NCBI GenBank assembly: GCA_035652195.1
Contig: DASREH010000135.1
Location: forward strand, 31,151-95,150
Direction of reading: 5' to 3'
Origin: Candidatus Udaeobacter sp.
GTDB taxonomy: Bacteria; Verrucomicrobiota; Verrucomicrobiia; Chthoniobacterales; UBA10450
DNA: 64,000 nt
Shown piece after piece: positions 36,142-45,622 of this stretch. Below the pieces are notes generated by a model that saw only the letters and a program-made list of their open reading frames with translations, was not told the DNA's origin and made no database searches. The position numbers and the translations under genes are program-made. The first letter of the stretch is position 1; each line of letters starts with the position of its first letter.

Positions 36142-36655
36142 ATTTCGTATGGTTTGCTGATTTACGAGCCCGCTCTTCCGAACACGTTGGTTTCAAAAAA
36201 TCAGACAACGAAGCAGCGCGCGCCGCTACGCATTCATTCGGAAAGAATGCGCATTTGTTCCGTTGCTGAAGCCCGGGTTTGCCATGTTGCGACGCGCAAC
36301 ACCCGGGAGAAGCACCGCATGCGCCACCAATGAAGAGTTCCGAAACAGCCGCGCGGCAAGTGCGAGCGGGAATAGGCCGAATCATTCCACCCGCTAGACA
36401 CGCTAGCCCATCGAAACTTTGGCTTCGATCTTATCGTGTTTCCGTAAGGATTTTCTGAGCGCAGAAGTTCAGTTGATGCGCCTCTATTCGGCGCGCCAGC
36501 CGATGCTAACCATCGAGTTCGTACTTAAGCTGGCGCTCATACTCCGTGTCGAAATGGTTTTTCAAGTTCCTAATGACAGTATTCGGATTGGCTGACGGAT
36601 TTCGGATTCCACTCAGCGATCACTATCCCGCTGGCATCCTTCTATTCTTGCAATC

Positions 36656-37075
36656 CTAGCGGTCGGCCCCGAAAAATCTTTGAGCCAGCAACATGCCGAT
36701 CGCCATCGTCGGCACGAAGAGCAGCGCTTCCGCGCGGAGAGCGCCCAGATTGGCGAGCGACGGCCCGGGGCAGAACCCGCCCAAGCCCCAGCCCAGGCCG
36801 AAAATCGCGGCCCCGATTACAAGCTGACGGTCAATCGGCGACGATCCAGCCGAGGGCAGCTTCAGACTTCGACGTCTGTAACGGCGCAAGACCAGCATTC
36901 CCAGTCCATAGACGCCGACCGCACCTGCCATGACGAAAAGCAGCGCTGGGTCCCAAGCGCCGAAGACATCAAGAAATCCGATTACTCGCGCCGGATCGGT
37001 CATCCCCGAGACAGCGAGCCCCGACCCGAAGAGGCCGCCGGCCACGAGAAGAAGAAACAATTTTCCTGCTTTCAA
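36656..37075 (-). CDS. YeeE/YedE-related (DUF6691-type) sulfur-compound transporter half
   Basis: 139 aa with 4 TM helices. Contains GLFGSGLAVSGMTDPARVIGFLD. The TTG start overlaps the upstream stop. Confidence 0.78.
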   Translation of the reverse strand: MKAGKLFLLLVAGGLFGSGLAVSGMTDPARVIGFLDVFGAWDPALLFVMAGAVGVYGLGMLVLRRYRRRSLKLPSAGSSPIDRQLVIGAAIFGLGWGLGGFCPGPSLANLGALRAEALLFVPTMAIGMLLAQRFFGADR

Positions 37076-37494
37076 AGGTTTACTCGGTTATAGATGAAAA
37101 CTGTCACCATCGCCGCAGCGATGAAGATGAGCGTCGCCGCGATCCAGTCCTTCGCGCCCAACCCAAGGCCGCAAACTCCATGGCCGCTCGTGCAGCCTCC
37201 GCCGAGGCGGGTGCCAAATCCGACGAACAAACCGGCAATAGCAATAACACCGAGCGGGCGCATCGGTCGAAAAAAGGCGGCGCTTTGCCACAGCGCAAAA
37301 CTCAGCGCGGCGCCGCCAATCAGGCCCAAGAGAAATACCGCTCGCCATGTCTTGTCGGGCGTCGCCGGAACGAGGAGGCGACCGAACACACCGGAGATAC
37401 CTGGAATCTTTCCGCTCAGCACGGTCGCGACCAGGCTGGCGAGACCGATCAGGATTCCACCGATCAGCGGATTCAAGAGCGTGTAATGGTCCAT
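37072..37494 (-). CDS. YeeE/YedE family protein (transporter half)
   Basis: 140 aa. Contains GKIPGISGVF and the GGGCTSGHGVCG motif. Confidence 0.8.
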   Translation of the reverse strand: MDHYTLLNPLIGGILIGLASLVATVLSGKIPGISGVFGRLLVPATPDKTWRAVFLLGLIGGAALSFALWQSAAFFRPMRPLGVIAIAGLFVGFGTRLGGGCTSGHGVCGLGLGAKDWIAATLIFIAAAMVTVFIYNRVNL

Positions 37495-37608
37495 CAGTCA
37501 GAAGCTTGGCAACGTGTCTGAAGCAAATTAGCGGCGCAGCCAGACATAGCTATGCCATACCTTCGCGAAGCGTTTGCAAGCTGTTCATTTAAAGCAAACT
37601 GATACCGA

Positions 37609-38652
37609 TTATGCGTCGGCTATCTTTAATACGACGCGGCCGGTCACTTTGCCTTCCCGTAAGCGTTGGAAAACTTCGTTGATGGCCTCCAGCGGCTGAA
37701 GTTCAATTTGCGCTTTGACCTTGCCTTCACCAGCGAAGTCGAGAGCCTCTTGTAAATCTCGACGCGTGCCGACAATTGAGCCGCGAATCGTAATGCCATT
37801 GAGCACGACATCGAAAATAGGCGTCGGAAAATCTCCGGGCGGCAGGCCAACCAGCGAACAAGTGCCACCGCGACGAACCATCCTGATTCCTTGAAGGAAA
37901 GCGCTGCGCGAGACCGCAGTCACCAGCACGCCGTGCGCGCCGCCGATCTGTTTCTGAATCTCGGTGACGGGATCGCTCTGAGTCGCATTGATCGTCAGAT
38001 CGGCACCGAGTTTGCGGGCCAGCTCGAGTTTATCGTCGCCCACATCCACCGCGGCCACGTGTAGTCCCATCGCTTTGGCGTACTGCACTGCCACATGACC
38101 GAGGCCGCCGATTCCGGAAATAGCTACCCATTGTCCAGGCCGAGTATCGGTCTGCTTGAGACCTTTGTAGGTGGTGACACCAGCACAAACGATAGGCGCG
38201 ATTTCACTGAAAGATGATCTCGCCGGCAGGTGACCCACATAGTTTGCGTCAGCTAAAGCATATTCCGCGTACGCGCCATCCACGGAATACCCACTGTTTT
38301 CCTGTTTGGGGCAAAGCGTTTCCCAGCCTGTCATGCAATACTCACAATACCCGCAGGCGCTGTGTAACCATGCAATGCCGACACGCTCTCCTTCCTTCAC
38401 CGAGCGGACGCCTTTGCCGATGGCGACCGCGTAACCAACGCCTTCATGGCCCGGAATAAATGGCAACTTGGGCTTAACCGGCCAATCACCGTCAGCGGCA
38501 TGAAGATCCGTATGGCACACTCCGCAGGCCACGATCTTTACCAGAACCTGTCCCTCTCCAGGTTCAGGAATCGGAACTTGTTCAATCAAGAGCGGTTTGC
38601 GGAATTCGCGAACCATCGCCGCCTTCATTTGTTGGCCCGCTTTTGTCTTCAT
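37609..38652 (-). CDS. Zinc-dependent alcohol dehydrogenase (AdhP-like)
   Basis: Contains [14 protein letters not shown] and a GLGGLGH Rossmann motif. The start is either ATG at 38652 (ATGA overlap with the upstream stop) or 38628 (MKAAMV). The track start at 38778 was rejected. Confidence 0.92.
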   Translation of the reverse strand: MKTKAGQQMKAAMVREFRKPLLIEQVPIPEPGEGQVLVKIVACGVCHTDLHAADGDWPVKPKLPFIPGHEGVGYAVAIGKGVRSVKEGERVGIAWLHSACGYCEYCMTGWETLCPKQENSGYSVDGAYAEYALADANYVGHLPARSSFSEIAPIVCAGVTTYKGLKQTDTRPGQWVAISGIGGLGHVAVQYAKAMGLHVAAVDVGDDKLELARKLGADLTINATQSDPVTEIQKQIGGAHGVLVTAVSRSAFLQGIRMVRRGGTCSLVGLPPGDFPTPIFDVVLNGITIRGSIVGTRRDLQEALDFAGEGKVKAQIELQPLEAINEVFQRLREGKVTGRVVLKIADA

Positions 38653-39071
38653 GAGCTGGTTTGCGAGATCGGGTGAGGCACCGGGCATTTGAACGGTTTC
38701 TCGCGACAGATGCTGCAGCGATGCTGCAATTTGCCTTCGCGGACGAAAGTCGTAATCGCGCCCTGACAGCCCGGGCATCGATCCTCATAAGTTGTCGGCG
38801 GAAGTGACAAACCGCCCCAAGCGTATGTGCTCCAACCTGGAAAGCCGCCAGGGAATCCAGGATAATAAACATATGGCGGTATCGGCCGGTAAAACGGCAC
38901 CGCAACCATTTTGCATTGCGGGCAAACCAGTGCTTCGCCCGGTTTGTTGCCTGCGTCTCTCGATGCAGCCGTCGATGCGTTTTCGGTAGCGCAACTTTGT
39001 AGCAAAGCGCCAAACGTTAGTGCAACAATTGCTGCCGCAGTTGCCGATTTTGTCTTAACGTCTGCTTTCAT
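38649..39071 (-). CDS. Cys-rich putative lipoprotein (CxxC-knuckle family, paralog A)
   Basis: Lipobox-like LLQSC. The Cys pattern is CPQC...CPGCQG...HRCSIC...C, with a Pro/Tyr/Gly-rich insert. Confidence 0.6.
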   Translation of the reverse strand: MKADVKTKSATAAAIVALTFGALLQSCATENASTAASRDAGNKPGEALVCPQCKMVAVPFYRPIPPYVYYPGFPGGFPGWSTYAWGGLSLPPTTYEDRCPGCQGAITTFVREGKLQHRCSICREKPFKCPVPHPISQTSS

Positions 39072-39077
39072 GCTTTC

Positions 39078-39503
39078 TCAGATGTGATTTGTTTTGGATT
39101 CACCAGACGTAACGATAATTTTCCTGGGACAGCCTGGGCCGCACGGCACGCCGAATTTGCTGGCACGCTGTGTTCGCGAAGAAGTGTCGGACAATACGGG
39201 GCAACGGAATGGCGTTCGCGCACAAATGGAGCATTTATGTTTCCAAGCGCCCTCGCTAACGAATGATTCCAAGACGCCCTTGCAACCGCTGCACGCGGTC
39301 ACGTGACTTGCGCCGGCTCGGCGGCTGTAAGGAAAATGAGACCGTATCCGCATCGTCGCTGCTTCTACAGCGACGGATCTGCATTGCGGGCAAACCAGTG
39401 CTTCGCTGCTGGTAGTCTCAGCGGTCGATACGCAGCCAGCGGTGAAGGCAATAAAAGCAAGGGCGCCGGTTACGGCCGCTGAGTTCGCTGAAAACGATCT
39501 CAT
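39078..39503 (-). CDS. Cys-rich putative lipoprotein (CxxC-knuckle family, paralog B)
   Basis: Lipobox-like FTAGC. The Cys pattern is CPQC...CSGCKG...HKCSIC...C. Its ATG overlaps the stop of the GltD-like gene (ATGA). Confidence 0.6.
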   Translation of the reverse strand: MRSFSANSAAVTGALAFIAFTAGCVSTAETTSSEALVCPQCRSVAVEAATMRIRSHFPYSRRAGASHVTACSGCKGVLESFVSEGAWKHKCSICARTPFRCPVLSDTSSRTQRASKFGVPCGPGCPRKIIVTSGESKTNHI

Positions 39504-41155
39504 AGCCGCACGCTATCGCGACGTTTAATCTCACGCTCCGCATTCGCACGGAAACATTGCCCATTCTTCGTGGTGGCCAGCGGAGCGAATGACGAGTCTG
39601 AACGGCCGATCGTGGTCCATGCAGGAGTCGCAAGACTCCCTCGATGCCCAGCTAGGGAAGTTCCTGAATGAGAAACATTCGCTACGACGGACTCTTCCTC
39701 ACATTGGCTTGGACTTGAGAGGTAGCGATGGATACCGGCCGCGGCTTTGCGTCCATCACGCACCGCGTGAGCAACCAAACTGGGACCGCGCACCAGGTCG
39801 CCACCGGCAAAGACGCCGGGGACGCTGGTCATTTGATTGGCATCGACGATCACGCTTCCCCAGTTGTTGATATCGATCTTGTCCGAATTGCCCGCGGCAA
39901 AGATCGGCACCGGATCGAAGCCGAACGCCACGAGCACCACATCGGCCGGCACGCTGAATTCAGAATTTGGAATGGCGCGCGGCTTGCGCCGTCCTTTCGC
40001 GTCCGCTTCGCCTAATTCCATCCGCACGCAGCGCACTTGCGAGATGTGCCCAGTGCCATCGTCCTGAAGCGCGATCGGATTGGTGAGAAACAAAAACTGC
40101 GCGCCTTCTTCAACTGCGTTGGCGTATTCCTTGCGACTGCCAGGCATGTTGGCCAGATTGCGGCGGTAAAGACAAACCGCTTCGCGCGCGCCGGAGCGAA
40201 TCGCAGTGCGCAAACAATCCATGGCCGTATCGCCGCCACCGACCACGACCACCCGCTTTTCTGAGACATTGACCGCACCGTGGGAAACATCGCCGAGATT
40301 TTTTTCGATGAGAAACGGCAGCGCATCGAAGACGCCGTCCAAATTGGCGCCGGGAATATCGAGCGACTTCGGTTTTTGCGCGCCGATCGCCAGATAAATT
40401 GCATCGAACTGCTCGCGCACGACCGACAACGAAACGTCCCGCCCGATCGTAACGCCGAGCCGAAATTTGACGCCGCGGTCGCGCAAAAGTTCGAGCCGCC
40501 GCTCAACAATTGGTTTCTCCAGCTTGAAGGCAGGAATGCCGTTGACGAGCAGACCGCCGGCGCGTGTTTGCGAATCGAAGATCGTGACCGCGTAACCGAG
40601 TTTGGCCAGTTCATCCGCGCAAGCCATGCCGCCGGGACCGCTGCCTACGATCGCGACGCGCAATCCATTCGGCACAGCGCGCGACGCTTCGACGGCATCA
40701 TGGGCGAACGCGTATTCGTTAATGAATTTTTCGATCGCGCCAATTGCGACCGGATCGGAGCGGGCATTGAGGATGCAGGCGCCTTCACACAATCGCTCCT
40801 GCGGACAAACGCGGCCGCAAATTTCCGGCACGTTGCTGGTCGAGCGGGAAACCGCCGCTGCTTCCAGAAAGCGTCCATCGGCGGCGAGGGCGAGCCAGTC
40901 CGGAATCAAGTTGCCAAGCGGACATCCGATGCGGCAGAGCGGATCCGGGCATTGAATGCAGCGGCTGGCCTGCTCGCGCACGGTTGCTTCATCGAGCAAT
41001 GAGTAGATCTCGTCGAAATCACATACGCGCTCGCTAGCCTCGCGCTTCGGCGGCTCGACACGCGGGATTTTGTACCAGGCCTGCTTCGCCTGGTATCCCG
41101 GCAGCACACGTGCAGCATCGGCGCCACGTTTTTGCGGAGAGTTTGTCACATTCAT
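39500..41155 (-). CDS. GltD-like (glutamate synthase small subunit family) NAD(P)H-dependent FeS flavoprotein oxidoreductase
   Basis: The start was reset to MNVTNSPQ (ATG at 41155, ATGA overlap). Contains CIQCPDPLCRIGCP, VAIVGSGPGGMACA and VVVVGGGDTAMDC. A ~70-aa low-complexity C-terminal tail is present. Confidence 0.9.
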   Translation of the reverse strand: MNVTNSPQKRGADAARVLPGYQAKQAWYKIPRVEPPKREASERVCDFDEIYSLLDEATVREQASRCIQCPDPLCRIGCPLGNLIPDWLALAADGRFLEAAAVSRSTSNVPEICGRVCPQERLCEGACILNARSDPVAIGAIEKFINEYAFAHDAVEASRAVPNGLRVAIVGSGPGGMACADELAKLGYAVTIFDSQTRAGGLLVNGIPAFKLEKPIVERRLELLRDRGVKFRLGVTIGRDVSLSVVREQFDAIYLAIGAQKPKSLDIPGANLDGVFDALPFLIEKNLGDVSHGAVNVSEKRVVVVGGGDTAMDCLRTAIRSGAREAVCLYRRNLANMPGSRKEYANAVEEGAQFLFLTNPIALQDDGTGHISQVRCVRMELGEADAKGRRKPRAIPNSEFSVPADVVLVAFGFDPVPIFAAGNSDKIDINNWGSVIVDANQMTSVPGVFAGGDLVRGPSLVAHAVRDGRKAAAGIHRYLSSPSQCEEESVVANVSHSGTSLAGHRGSLATPAWTTIGRSDSSFAPLATTKNGQCFRANAEREIKRRDSVRL

Positions 41156-41490
41156 GAGTGCGGCGCGCCCTTGCAATCGGCGCAGAGATGTTTTTGTGCC
41201 GGCTGAAAATACGGCGCCGCCGGCCATTTTGCCGAAGAAACCTGCCATGCACCGGCAGAATAACCCCAGTGCCAGTACGCAGGGCCCCAGTCCCACGCGT
41301 TCCGGCAGGTCGTGCACGCATCGGCCATCGGGACGGCGCCGGCTTTTCCGCATTTTGCGCAGCCGGGCGGTTCTTCTGCTTTCTCCCCGCCTCGGGCTGG
41401 GCCGCCAACTAACAGCGCCAATGAAAGTCCGGTCAGCAGCGTGACCTGCGACATCGCACGTCCGATACTTTTGAGGCCGAATCCTTTCAT
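41152..41490 (-). CDS. Exported Cys- and Trp-rich small protein
   Basis: The start was reset to MKGFGLKSIG... (ATG at 41490), preceded by GGAGAG. It has a signal-like helix followed by CAKC...CTTC...CADC. Confidence 0.5.
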   Translation of the reverse strand: MKGFGLKSIGRAMSQVTLLTGLSLALLVGGPARGGEKAEEPPGCAKCGKAGAVPMADACTTCRNAWDWGPAYWHWGYSAGAWQVSSAKWPAAPYFQPAQKHLCADCKGAPHS

Positions 41491-41581
41491 AGACTCTCTC
41501 CATTTCTTATAACGCCGTCCGGCATTTTTCTTCCCACCACCTTTTGCCAAAAGCTCACCATTAGTTGCTGTCCGTTCACGG

Positions 41582-42409
41582 TCATGGCTTGGATAGACTC
41601 GACTGCTCGCAGCACGGCCCGGTGCCGCTAAGACCGCATTCTCCCAACCACGGCAAATACCGCGGACCTGCGGGCTTGAGACCAAAAGATTTAATGGCCT
41701 TTTCGCGAATGTGCTCAATGGCCATCTCAACCGAATCGGTCACGTAAAGAAGATCGAGATCTTTCGAACTGATGTTGCCCAAGCGCGCCATCTTCTCGAT
41801 GAGGCCGACCATCTCCCGCCAGTAATCCGTCCCCATGACGACAATGGGAAAATTGTCAATCTTTCCGGTTTGAATCAGCGTCAACGCTTCGAACAATTCG
41901 TCCATCGTCCCTGCGCCGCCGGGGAATACGACGAAGGCGTAGGAATATTTCACGAGCAGCGTTTTGCGGACGAAGAAGTAGCGCATCGTCACGCATCGAT
42001 CGAGATAAGCATTGGGCTTCTGCTCAAATGGCAATTCGACGTTGCACCCGACGGAGCGACCCCGCGCCTCCCTGGCGCCGCGATTGGCCGCTTCCATGAT
42101 TCCCGGTCCCCCGCCGGTCATTACGGTAAAACCGAGCCGCGCAATCGCCGCGCCCATTTGCCGGGCGAGTTGATAGTTTGAATTATCCTCCCGCGTTCTT
42201 GCTGATCCGAACACGGTCACGCACGGGCCAACGAAATGGAGCACGCGAAAGCCGCGCACAAAATCCCGCATCACACGCATGAGCGTAAGCAACTCGCCTA
42301 TGCGCGAACGCGGACCTTCCAGCATCTGGCGGTCGGCTTCGCCGCAACCGCAAGCGTGCTTGTCTTTTGAAACGCTTTGCTCAAGCAAATTGGTGTCGCT
42401 TGTGCTCAT
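41582..42409 (-). CDS. LOG-family / TIGR00730 Rossmann-fold protein (lysine-decarboxylase-like nucleotide hydrolase)
   Basis: Contains GGGPGIMEAANRGA and PGGAGTMDELFE. The start was reset to MSTSDTN (ATG at 42409), which overlaps the cusA stop (ATGA). Confidence 0.88.
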   Translation of the reverse strand: MSTSDTNLLEQSVSKDKHACGCGEADRQMLEGPRSRIGELLTLMRVMRDFVRGFRVLHFVGPCVTVFGSARTREDNSNYQLARQMGAAIARLGFTVMTGGGPGIMEAANRGAREARGRSVGCNVELPFEQKPNAYLDRCVTMRYFFVRKTLLVKYSYAFVVFPGGAGTMDELFEALTLIQTGKIDNFPIVVMGTDYWREMVGLIEKMARLGNISSKDLDLLYVTDSVEMAIEHIREKAIKSFGLKPAGPRYLPWLGECGLSGTGPCCEQSSLSKP

Positions 42410-45400
42410 GCAGTCGCCGCACTCTCGGCTAACTCTCGTGGCGTTGGACTCGGCGCGAGCCCCGCTCTCACGCCCCGCGCGCGCCAGATGTAATAAAGCG
42501 CGGGGAAGACGACCAGCTCCATGATCACGGAAGTAACCACGCCGCCAATCATCGGCGTGGCGATGCGTTTCATCACATCCGCGCCCGCGCCGTGACTCCA
42601 CATGATGGGCAACAATCCGGCAATGATAACGGCGCCGGTCATGGCTTTGGGACGAACGCGCTTGACGGCACCGTGATAAATCGCGTCGCGCAGATCGGCC
42701 AGGCTGCGCATCGATCCCTTTCTGCGCCACTCGTCGTAGGCAAGATCGAGATAAAGGAGCATGACCACGCCGGTTTCCGCACTGATGCCGGCGAGCGCGA
42801 TCAGTCCAATCCAGACCGCCACACTCAGGTTGTAATGCAGCCAATAAAGCATCCAGACCGAGCCGACGAGCGCGAACGGCACCGCCAGCAGGACGATCGC
42901 AGTTTTAACGGCCGATTGGGTGTTGAGGTAAATGATCAACACTATGATCAGCAGCGTGAGAGGCACCACCACCATGAGCCGCTGCTGGGCCCGCAGCATG
43001 TATTCGTATTGGCCGCTCCAAAAAATGTTGTAGCCGTTCGGCAATTTGATCGTGCCTTTGCTCACGGCGTCGGCGACAACGCGACGCGCCATCTCGACAT
43101 AAGTGCCGATGTCGATGTTCTTGACATCGACGTAAATCCACGCGTTAGGCACAGCGGCTTCGCTTTTGATTCCCATCGGCGCGCGCACGGTCTTGATCTC
43201 GGCAAGCTGACCGAGCGGAATTTGCGCGCCGGTCGGCGTGGGCACAATGATCTCGCGCAAGGCGTCGAGGTTCTCTCGAAAATCGCGATCGTAGCGCAGG
43301 TTGACTGTGTAGCGTTCGAGTCCTTCGACGGTTGTCGTGAGAGGCATCCCGCCGAGCGCGACTTCGAGCACGTCCTGCACATCGCCGACGACAAGGCCGT
43401 AACGTGCAATCTCATCGCGGTTGATGTGAAACTCGATGTAGTTGCCGCCCATGACGCGCTCAGCAAAAACGCTCGACGTGCCCGGCACCTGGCGCACGAC
43501 CGCTTCGATCTCGGCGGCAACGCGTTCCAACTCCGCCAGGTTCGGGCCGGCGACTTTGATGCCGACGGGCGTTTTGATGCCGGTAGCCAACATGTCGATC
43601 CTCGTTTTGATCGGCATCGTCCAGGCATTGCTTAGCCCGGGAATTTGAATGGCGGCGTTCATCGCATCGACCAGTTCATCCGGAGTGCGGCGGCGATGCG
43701 CGATCACTTTTCCGGCCGCGTTTTTGATGTCCACCTTCGGCCATTCTTTCTCGTCTTTGAGCTGGATTGTCGTCTCGACCATGTCGAACGGCGCGGGATC
43801 GGTGGCGGACTCGGCCCGCCCGATCTTGCCGAAGACGTGATGCACCTCCGGGAACGTTTTGATCATTTTGTCGGTTTGCTGAATCACTTCCCGCGCTTTT
43901 GTCGGCGAGATGCCGGGGAAAGTCGTCGGCATGTAAAGGAGGTCGCCTTCGTAAAGCGGCGGCATGAATTCGCTGCCCAGCCGTTTGTAAGGAAACCAGG
44001 TAATGATGAGAAGCGCCGCCGCCGCGCCAACGACGATCCAGCGCCAGCGAATCACGAAATCGATCACCGGATGGTAAAGCCAGATGAGCGCGCGGTTAAT
44101 CGGATTTTTTTCTTCGGCCAGAATTTTGCCGCGAATGAAATAGCCCATCAGCACAGGCGCGAGCGTGATGGAGAGCAGCGCGGCCGCGGCCATCGAGTAG
44201 GTTTTGGTAAAAGCGAGCGGCTTAAACAATCGGCCTTCCTGCGCCTGCAAGGTGAAGACCGGGACAAATGAGACGGTGATCACGAGCAGCGAGTAAAAGA
44301 GCGTCGGCCCAACTTCGACCGATGCGTCGCGGATGATTTGCCAATGCGGTTTTTTGCCGGTGTCGCGCTCGATGTGTTTGTGCGCGTTCTCGATCATGAT
44401 GATGACCGCGTCCACCATCGCGCCGATAGCGATGGCGATGCCGCCGAGCGACATGATGTTTGAGCTGATGCCCTGCTTGAACATGATCACGAAAGAAATC
44501 AGAACCGCGATCGGCAGGATGAGGATGGCCACGAGCGCGCTGCGCAGGTGCAGCAGGAACGCGATGCAAACGAGCGCGACCACGATGCTTTCCTCGACCA
44601 GCTTTTCCTCGAGCGTCGCCACCGCGCGATCGATCAGCGCCGTGCGATCGTAGGCAATGGTGTAGCTGACATCCGATGGCAATCCTTTCATCGCTTCATC
44701 GAGCCGCTTCTTCACGTCTTTGATCACCTGACGCGCGTTCGCGCCGTAACGCACCACCACGATTCCGCCCGCCGTTTCGCCTTCGCCGTTCAATTCCGCG
44801 ATACCGCGCCGCATGTCGGGACCAAGCTGCACGTTGGCCACTTCCCGGAGCAGGATCGGGACGCCGCCTTCGCCGACGCCGACCGTAACTTTTTTCAAGT
44901 CCTCAATGTCCTGCACATAACCGCGCACGCGCAGAATGAACTCCTTCTCCGCCATTTCGATCGAGCGCCCGCCGACCTCGCCGTTGCTGCGGCGCACAGC
45001 CATTTCGACATCGCGGATCGACAAGTTGTAAGCGCGCAGTTTTGTCGGATCGACAGTAACCTGGTATTGTTTTACGAAGCCACCGATGCTTGCGACTTCG
45101 GAGACACCTTCTACCGACGCAAGCTGGTAACGAAGATACCAATCCTGCATCGAACGAAGCTCGGCCAGGCTGCGCTGCTTTGAGTTGAGCGAATACATGA
45201 ATGCCCAGCCGACGCCGGTCGCATCAGGGCCGAGGGTCGGCGTGACTTTTTCCGGCAGGCGGGAACTGAGTCCGCTCAAATATTCGAGCACGCGGCTCCG
45301 TGCCCAGTAAGGATCGGTTCCGTCCTCGAAGATGACATAGACAAACGAGAACCCGTAGAACGAATAACCGCGCACGACCTTCGCGCGCGGGACAGAGAGC

Positions 45401-45618
45401 ATCTTGGTGGTGATCGGATAAGTCACCTGGTCCTGCACGATTTGCGGCGCCTGGCCCGACCATTCGGTGTAAATAATCACCTGGGTGTCGGAGAGGTCAG
45501 GAATCGCGTCGAGCGGGATGTTGCGTAGCGCATAAACTCCGGCGAGCACAAGCCCGATCGTGGCAAAGAGGACGATGAATTTGTTCTTGAGCGAGAAATC
45601 GATGATGGCTTTGAGCAT
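42406..45618 (-). CDS. cusA: CusA-type heavy-metal efflux RND permease
   Basis: 1070 aa. The TM4 motif is LGGIAIAIGAMVDAVIIMIENAHK. Confidence 0.95.
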   Translation of the reverse strand: MLKAIIDFSLKNKFIVLFATIGLVLAGVYALRNIPLDAIPDLSDTQVIIYTEWSGQAPQIVQDQVTYPITTKMLSVPRAKVVRGYSFYGFSFVYVIFEDGTDPYWARSRVLEYLSGLSSRLPEKVTPTLGPDATGVGWAFMYSLNSKQRSLAELRSMQDWYLRYQLASVEGVSEVASIGGFVKQYQVTVDPTKLRAYNLSIRDVEMAVRRSNGEVGGRSIEMAEKEFILRVRGYVQDIEDLKKVTVGVGEGGVPILLREVANVQLGPDMRRGIAELNGEGETAGGIVVVRYGANARQVIKDVKKRLDEAMKGLPSDVSYTIAYDRTALIDRAVATLEEKLVEESIVVALVCIAFLLHLRSALVAILILPIAVLISFVIMFKQGISSNIMSLGGIAIAIGAMVDAVIIMIENAHKHIERDTGKKPHWQIIRDASVEVGPTLFYSLLVITVSFVPVFTLQAQEGRLFKPLAFTKTYSMAAAALLSITLAPVLMGYFIRGKILAEEKNPINRALIWLYHPVIDFVIRWRWIVVGAAAALLIITWFPYKRLGSEFMPPLYEGDLLYMPTTFPGISPTKAREVIQQTDKMIKTFPEVHHVFGKIGRAESATDPAPFDMVETTIQLKDEKEWPKVDIKNAAGKVIAHRRRTPDELVDAMNAAIQIPGLSNAWTMPIKTRIDMLATGIKTPVGIKVAGPNLAELERVAAEIEAVVRQVPGTSSVFAERVMGGNYIEFHINRDEIARYGLVVGDVQDVLEVALGGMPLTTTVEGLERYTVNLRYDRDFRENLDALREIIVPTPTGAQIPLGQLAEIKTVRAPMGIKSEAAVPNAWIYVDVKNIDIGTYVEMARRVVADAVSKGTIKLPNGYNIFWSGQYEYMLRAQQRLMVVVPLTLLIIVLIIYLNTQSAVKTAIVLLAVPFALVGSVWMLYWLHYNLSVAVWIGLIALAGISAETGVVMLLYLDLAYDEWRRKGSMRSLADLRDAIYHGAVKRVRPKAMTGAVIIAGLLPIMWSHGAGADVMKRIATPMIGGVVTSVIMELVVFPALYYIWRARGVRAGLAPSPTPRELAESAATA

Positions 45619-45622
45619 TGGA

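Noticed and set aside
36122-36385. An 87-aa minus-strand ORF upstream of the cop operon, and palindromes around 36270-36310 (CCCGGG...GTTGCGACGCGCAAC...CCCGGG).
   Set aside because: The ORF overlaps the start of the Met-rich gene and looks like junk. The palindrome could be an operator or 5'-UTR hairpin, but I cannot tie it to any regulator, so it was not reported as a feature.
41156-41503. N-terminal extension of the GltD-like ORF, and analogous extensions at 42410-42844 (LOG), 26815-27027 (methyltransferase), 18359-18580, 38653-38778, 49015-49239, 50762-50893, 54077-54298, 55870-55989 and 56463-56612.
   Set aside because: The extensions are Arg-rich junk that overlaps better-supported upstream genes. 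In each case an internal ATG coincides with an ATGA-type stop/start overlap, a 1-2 nt gap or a clean signal peptide.
42592-43635. A 347-aa ORF on the + strand, along with similar long ORFs at 44548-45183, 45824-46861, 47374-48342, 33532-34377, 40280-41002 and 59792-60604.
   Set aside because: Each lies fully antisense to a well-supported gene (cusA, cusB, cusC, copA, gltD-like, galT). Their compositions are Arg/His/Ala/Gly-rich and low in complexity, as is typical of shadow ORFs in GC-rich DNA. None has recognisable motifs.
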